Below are positions 34,502 to 40,052 of a stretch of 40,052 nt of DNA, piece after piece. Source of the stretch: Octopus bimaculoides (taxonomy: Eukaryota); contig NC_068984.1 of the NCBI RefSeq assembly GCF_001194135.2, positions 121,040,976 to 121,081,027 of the forward strand, read 5' to 3'. Below the pieces are notes generated by a model. The model saw only the letters and a program-made list of their open reading frames with translations. It ran no database searches and was not told the origin of the DNA. The translations under genes were made by a program, and so were the position numbers. Within the stretch, counting starts at the first letter, position 1. Every line of letters begins with the position of its first letter.

Positions 34502-35599
34502 GTAGATAGATAGATAGATATGCAATGATTATATTTGATACTACTACTGATTGGCAATAGCATCGTAAGTTACAAGTCTCCAACGGGCCAAACACTTGTT
34601 GGATGCATTTCTGACGGTGAGGGTGACAAAGAATTGTATCTAACTCGGCGCAGAACAACTATTGCGAGAGACTTTGTCGGAAAGCTTCAGACTTTCTCTT
34701 TTGTCACCAGCAACACACAAATACACACGTGTGCGCAGTTTTGGGATTATATTTTATTACTTTCGATGTGCGGTCAATAGATATCTATCTGCCTACTTGT
34801 ACGCACATATTCCCACCAGTTTTTTTCTGTCCACACCCTCTCTCTCTTCTTCTTCTTCTTCTTCTTCTCTCTTTTTCTTTTTCTTCCTTTCTCTCGCTTT
34901 TTCTCTCTCTCTCCCTCCCATCTCTCTCTCTCTCTCAAATACACGTGTGGTGATAGGGATATTGTTATCCCTGTCATTCTTTCTGTTGAGAGAAGAGAGT
35001 CTTGTTTTTTCCATTTGACCTGCGTGGGTAACCCGTCACAACATCGAATTGCGTGGGTCTGCGAACTGGATTTTATTTCAGTATTGTTTATCGATGCGAT
35101 ATGTTTATTTATTGTACATGTGTAAAGTATAGAAGTTGGTCTCTTTTCTTTACTTATACTAATATTTCCTAATCTTGTCCCCTTTCATAGGTTGCTGCGA
35201 TGTCCTGACATTTTTCTTTCAGACGTTTCTTGCAATATACTATAGCTCTAGTTTTACAGCTTACTTGTGAGTTAGTTTTGCAAATTCTGCAACTATCAGT
35301 CTTTCTTCACCGATAATCATCTGGTTCTTTTGGCTGTAATACACACACATTCATAGATACAAACACCATAGGAATATGATAAGCAAATGTTCATACAAAC
35401 ACATATAATAGAATATGTATTAAATATCTGTGTAAAATATTTAACAGCCAAGAGATATGTTTGAAGCGTTTAGGGACTTTTGACATTTCTAAATTGGAAT
35501 CAATAAACGTCATGTCATTGGAAATTTTCTGAATTTTCAACCATTGGTGCTTGAATTAACAATTTGGAGCAACAAAATATCTTAGTGAATACTTTAAAG

Positions 35600-35857
35600 C
35601 AGGGGTTCGCGGCCATTTTTTATCTATGAACCCCTCTGACTACTATTCTTTTCTGGTGGTCCCCCATTTGCATTCGATGTTTAACAACTAGTTTTATAGA
35701 AACTTATTTCAAAATTCCTATTTTGTCTGTAAGATGTTTGAAAACAGGGGCCATTAAAATACAATTGCGGATACACAGTTTATTATTTTGTTGCGTGGAC
35801 CCCAAAAATCTTATATAAACCTTCAGGGGCCATATGGACACCGGTTGAGAACCACTG
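35600..35857. mobile_element. 258-bp hAT (Charlie-type) MITE with an 8-bp TSD
   Basis: Ends CAGGGGTTCGC and GAGAACCACTG. Identical CTTTAAAG at 35592-35599 and 35858-35865. Confidence 0.87.
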
Positions 35858-36028
35858 CTTTAAAGCTTGCCTGTAATTAACTAACATCACTAACCCTTTC
35901 TTTATTCCTCTTTTCATCCGTCTCATTAAATTCGTCCAGTGTCATCTTCATTTTGCAACAGCACGATAACAGTAACGATAACGATGATAGGTAAGAGTCA
36001 GCATTAATTATTGTATTTCTCTTTCTAG

Positions 36029-36234
36029 GTTCAGCTACCAGAGCACCAAATCCGACAACTATGCATGGCTTCAAGAGCTATTTTCTTGGAGCAACCTATG
36101 TTACTAGAACTTGGTGCTCCAGTCAATGTTATTGGAGATATTCACGGACAGTATGAAGACCTTCTACGGCATTTCGATAACTGTGGCTACCCTCCTAAAG
36201 CAAACTATATCTTCCTCGGGGATTACGTCGATCG
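36029..36234 (+). CDS. PPP1C-like: PP1-like coding exon 2 ([12 protein letters not shown]...[14 protein letters not shown]...FLGDYVDR)
   Basis: Acceptor tttctctttctag, donor CG|GTTAGT, 206 nt (68 codons + 2). Contains the PPP-family motifs GDIHG and GDYVDR. Confidence 0.97.
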
Positions 36235-36585
36235 GTTAGTAGTTAATATCTTTTATACATTTTGTTAGATTTGATTTTGAATTACATTATTTTCACCTTC
36301 TATTACTTCACCAACTCGTATTTTAGATATAAACACCAAACTTTGATTTCTCCAGGTAAGCTTGAATATTGCTGAGAAATGTGCATGAATTACATGTTTT
36401 ATCAAAGGCACATCATTTAAGAAATATAATATCCGAGGACTATGATAAATGCACCAAAATAGAGAGTATTCGCATGTGAAGTTATTCGTGTTGAAAATTT
36501 AATCACCTCAAGAAAAACGATACTGTGATTTTGACGTAAAAAAATTATCTGTAAATCTTACACTGATTTAAAAGTAACGATACTT

Positions 36586-36960
36586 ACATACTTAAGCACT
36601 TCACTCTCGTTGAAGAATAGGCCATCGACGACATCTCTATCCGCTGTTCTCGATTCTTGGCTCTTTTTCCTGCTTCTTTCCATCTGGATTTGTGCTTTTT
36701 CAGTTCTGCCTCAGTAACTCACCTCCAGCTATTTTTGAGAGTTCCCCTACGTATGGCTTTCTTGTATCAGGTTTCGTTGGTCTTGAATTGTTTACGATGC
36801 TTCTGTAACTGTGTTTTTTTTTTCTGGATGATGGTGTTGGCCCTATGCGATCCCATTTTTATCTCCGAGAGTAGGTGGTCCATATTAGTCTGATCTCTGT
36901 CTTTCGACCTGTCCAATATGATAAACTCTACCAGTAGCTCGTGCTCAGCTAGCATAGCTC
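36586..36960 (-). mobile_element. RTE-type LINE 3' remnant in intron 2
   Basis: Minus-strand KAIRRGTLKNSWR*VTEAELKKHKSRWKEAGKRAKNREQR...MAYSSTR resembles the RTE terminal GKRKRGRPKNTWRR...WKE...AQDR...GLCST, followed by an AAGT-type tail. Confidence 0.6.
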
Positions 36961-38373
36961 TCAGAGTCATTGAGACACACATGCCACTACAACGCAACAA
37001 GGACTGGCAATGAAAAGGCAACAGTAGTAAAATCGAATTTATGCAATGCTTGGAACATTTTCTCATGTCAAAAACCAAAAACTGAAAAAGGAAAATGATA
37101 ATAATTGAACTAAAACACAATTGCAAATGTTTACAAGAAAATAAATTATATAGATGAACTAAGCTGTCGACAAAGTAAACAGTTACATCTGAAGAAACTA
37201 GTACTGGTTTGTATCGGTATTAAGTAAACTTAAAAAGTACAATAGCAAAATTCATTGTTTTGTTGTGAGAAAGAGAATAAAACTTTACGTTTCGTTAATT
37301 ATCCTTCGCAGTCTTGTCCCTTGATATGAATAACTTTTGCGGTCTAAACTTTCACAGACCTTTTGGATCTACTAACCTTGTGTTTGTATTTGCTTCATAT
37401 TGACATGGAAGGAATTGAGCATAGTCTGTACGCCTGTAAGCACTAGAAGTTAAAGAACTAGTAAATTTATGCAAATCTTCCGTTAAGAGTTAAGTTGAGT
37501 GAAGCATTGATAAGTTAAATAGCAATGGAATCACTAATGTATCAGTGATAAGATCGGAACAATTGATTCCTTGGTTGTTTTTTCAACATCCTATCGTATT
37601 CGACACCAGCTCTCTTTTGCGAGAAAAATTCCTACCATAAAAGTTATACTTATTAACATAGTGATGGCTTACGTTGTAAAAATGTTTTAGTTTAAACTTG
37701 TATCCAGCAAGAGTGGAATTTATTTTTAAAAGCAAAAATAAATAAAATTTAAGCGGACTCTAATTTTTATGTTGCTAAAGCATTTTCTAGATATGATAAA
37801 TATATGAACTATCTATTAAAATTATTGTAGCTATTTTACGAAATAAAAAATAAGAGAATGACATACATCTCTAATCCTAGTAATCGAATCCTTTGTTTGA
37901 TGTCATTAACCTCTCTATTCAAATATTAAAAATATTGATGTTGCTTCAGGCATATGATTCATAAGTGGTCTTCTTTGGCGTGGTATTGATCGAATAGTTA
38001 GAAACAGAATGTCAGTGAAAAAATGCATCTGTCAAAACCAGGTTCGAGTTCATGACCCTTTCGTTATATATACAGCATTTACTGTTTTTCTAGTGGACAT
38101 ATATTTACCTATTATATATAGTAACGGCTTGAGCTAAATTAATGAGTCTGAAGTGTCATGGCGTGAGATACAGCCCAGTTCCAGCGACTACTTGGCTCAC
38201 AGTTCCAGATTTTTCGATTCGTTGTTTCGACACCACAGTCTTATAATAATCCAACATCGTCATATTGCTCATGTTAAGTTCCATTGCTATTGATATTTGG
38301 TATAAATACGTTTCGTTGCTAAAACTTTCACTGTGTTTCTTTTTATCTATAGAGCTTATTTATTCTCTTTCAG

Positions 38374-38481
38374 AGGGTGTCATTCACTAGAGACCATTTG
38401 TCTCGTACTAGCCTATAAAGTGAAATACCCACAGAATTTCTTTCTTCTACGAGGGAATCATGAATGTGCTTCAATCAACAG
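38374..38481 (+). CDS. PPP1C-like: PP1-like coding exon 3 ([37 protein letters not shown])
   Basis: Acceptor ttctctttcag, donor AG|GTATAG, phase 2/2, 108 nt. Contains the GNHE motif. Confidence 0.97.
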
Positions 38482-38517
38482 GTATAGTTTTATATGTCAT
38501 TATTTTAACTCTGGCTA

Positions 38518-38938
38518 AGGCGGGAAAGTGGCCGACTCGTTAACAATCCGGGAAAAGTGTTTAACAGTATTTCATCCATATTCACAATCTGAGTTCAAAT
38601 TCCACCAAGGCCATCTTTACTTTTTATCATTTTGAGGTCGAGAAAATAAGAATACTCAGGTCGCTGTAATCGACTTATCCCCTCCCTCGAAGTTACTGGC
38701 CTTGTGCCAAAATTTAAAATCATTATTTTAATTATGATTAACGGAGCACACTGGCAGAATCGTTAGCACGTTGGACAAAATACTTAGTGGCATTTCCTCC
38801 GTTTTGAGTTCAAATTCCACTGTAGTCAACTTTACCTTCTACCCTTTTGAGGTTGATAAAATAAGTAACAGTCAAGTACTGGGATCGATGTAATCGATTA
38901 TATACCTCCCTTAAATCTGATAACCAAATTTAGAAATT
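38518..38938 (+). mobile_element. Two tandem SINE family A copies in intron 3
   Basis: Copies at 38518-38724 and 38743-38938, each with GAGTTCAAATTCC (box B) and the family core. Confidence 0.85.
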
Positions 38939-39189
38939 ACGTTAACTATGATCGTTGAAAAGAAAAATAAGTTTCAGGTTTGGAATTTCAATTTCAACAA
39001 ATTCAGTGTGAATGATGATAATAATTCGTAAACACACTTATTCGATGTTCTGTATCACTTAACACTAGAGTTACCCAGTTGATGAGAGATAGTTGACCTA
39101 GCATTTACGCCTTCCTTACCATATGATTGATTTTCCATTATAATGCCATTCATATCAAAGTATCAACATAATATCTGACTGTTAGATAT

Positions 39190-39302
39190 TTTATAAAGTC
39201 CAAGAAGGATCAAAGGCAAAGTATATGGGGCGAGATTTAAACGTGAGGGTCCGAAACTAAAATAATTCAGGCATATCCGGCGATTTGCGATTTTGCCAGC
39301 CC
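39190..39302 (-). mobile_element. Decayed SINE family A fragment
   Basis: gaaggatcaaaggcaaagt...gattttgccagcccacc. Confidence 0.5.
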
Positions 39303-39327
39303 ACCATCATTATTGCTTAATCGTGTG

Positions 39328-39366
<39 letters not shown>

Positions 39367-39564
39367 GAGAGAGACAGAGAGACAGAGTGTGTGTGTGGTT
39401 GTATGTGTTAGTTTTCCACATTTAAATAATGTAATAAAGATACAGCGACAATTCTAAAATAAAAACCGTCGATGACGCCAGGTAACCATAGGCAGTGAAC
39501 GTGCTTCACCGGCTAACTACTTCGTACATACCCAACGTTTAAATAATTACTTAGAAACAGATAA

Positions 39565-39753
<189 letters not shown>

Positions 39754-39820
39754 TAACTTCGTATTTACTTCATTCAAAGCCATTCTTTGCTCACTGTCTA
39801 CGTAATATTAAGGTTCCCAA

Positions 39821-39955
39821 ACGCGGTGAGCTAGTAGAATCGCTAACATGGTGGACAAAATGCTTAGCGGTATTTCGTACGTCTTTCCATTCTGAGTTCA
39901 AATTCCACCGAAGTCGACTTTGCTTTTCATCCTTTCGAGTCGAGAAAATAAGTAC
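39821..39955 (+). mobile_element. SINE family A, 5' portion, in intron 4
   Basis: ggtgagctagtagaatcgctaac...gagttcaaattccaccgaagtcgactttgcttttcatcctttcgagtcgagaaaataagtac. Confidence 0.85.
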
Positions 39956-40052
39956 GTTACTTGTTACTTATGTGTGTGTGTGTGTGTGTATACACGCACA
40001 TATATATGCATACATGTAAACATACACACACACACACACACATATATATATA

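Noticed and set aside
34535-34780. 81-aa ORF in non-repetitive sequence
   Set aside because: TTG start, no recognisable domain, and no convincing splice acceptor.

Overview
AT-rich, gap-ridden animal genomic DNA saturated with microsatellites and tRNA-derived SINEs. The repeat families look like those of Octopus (inference from recalled repeat sequences, not a database search). The only well-supported gene is a divergent protein phosphatase 1 catalytic-subunit (PP1/PPP1C-like) paralog on the + strand. Its four coding exons (14222-14314, 36029-36234, 38374-38481, 39636-39724) splice in frame through GT-AG introns and carry intact GDIHG, GDYVDRG and GNHE motifs; the gene continues past the window end. 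Intron 1 is about 21.7 kb. The rest is decayed mobile DNA: a 5'-truncated Tc1-type transposase with DD36E spacing, a deleted mariner, pogo-, mariner- and hAT-type MITEs, CR1, RTE and R4/Dong-like LINE remnants, about 25 SINE copies or fragments, and a 233-bp foldback with hammerhead-ribozyme-like ends. Most long ORFs in the track are artefacts of N-gaps and microsatellites. Many boundaries of decayed repeats are approximate.
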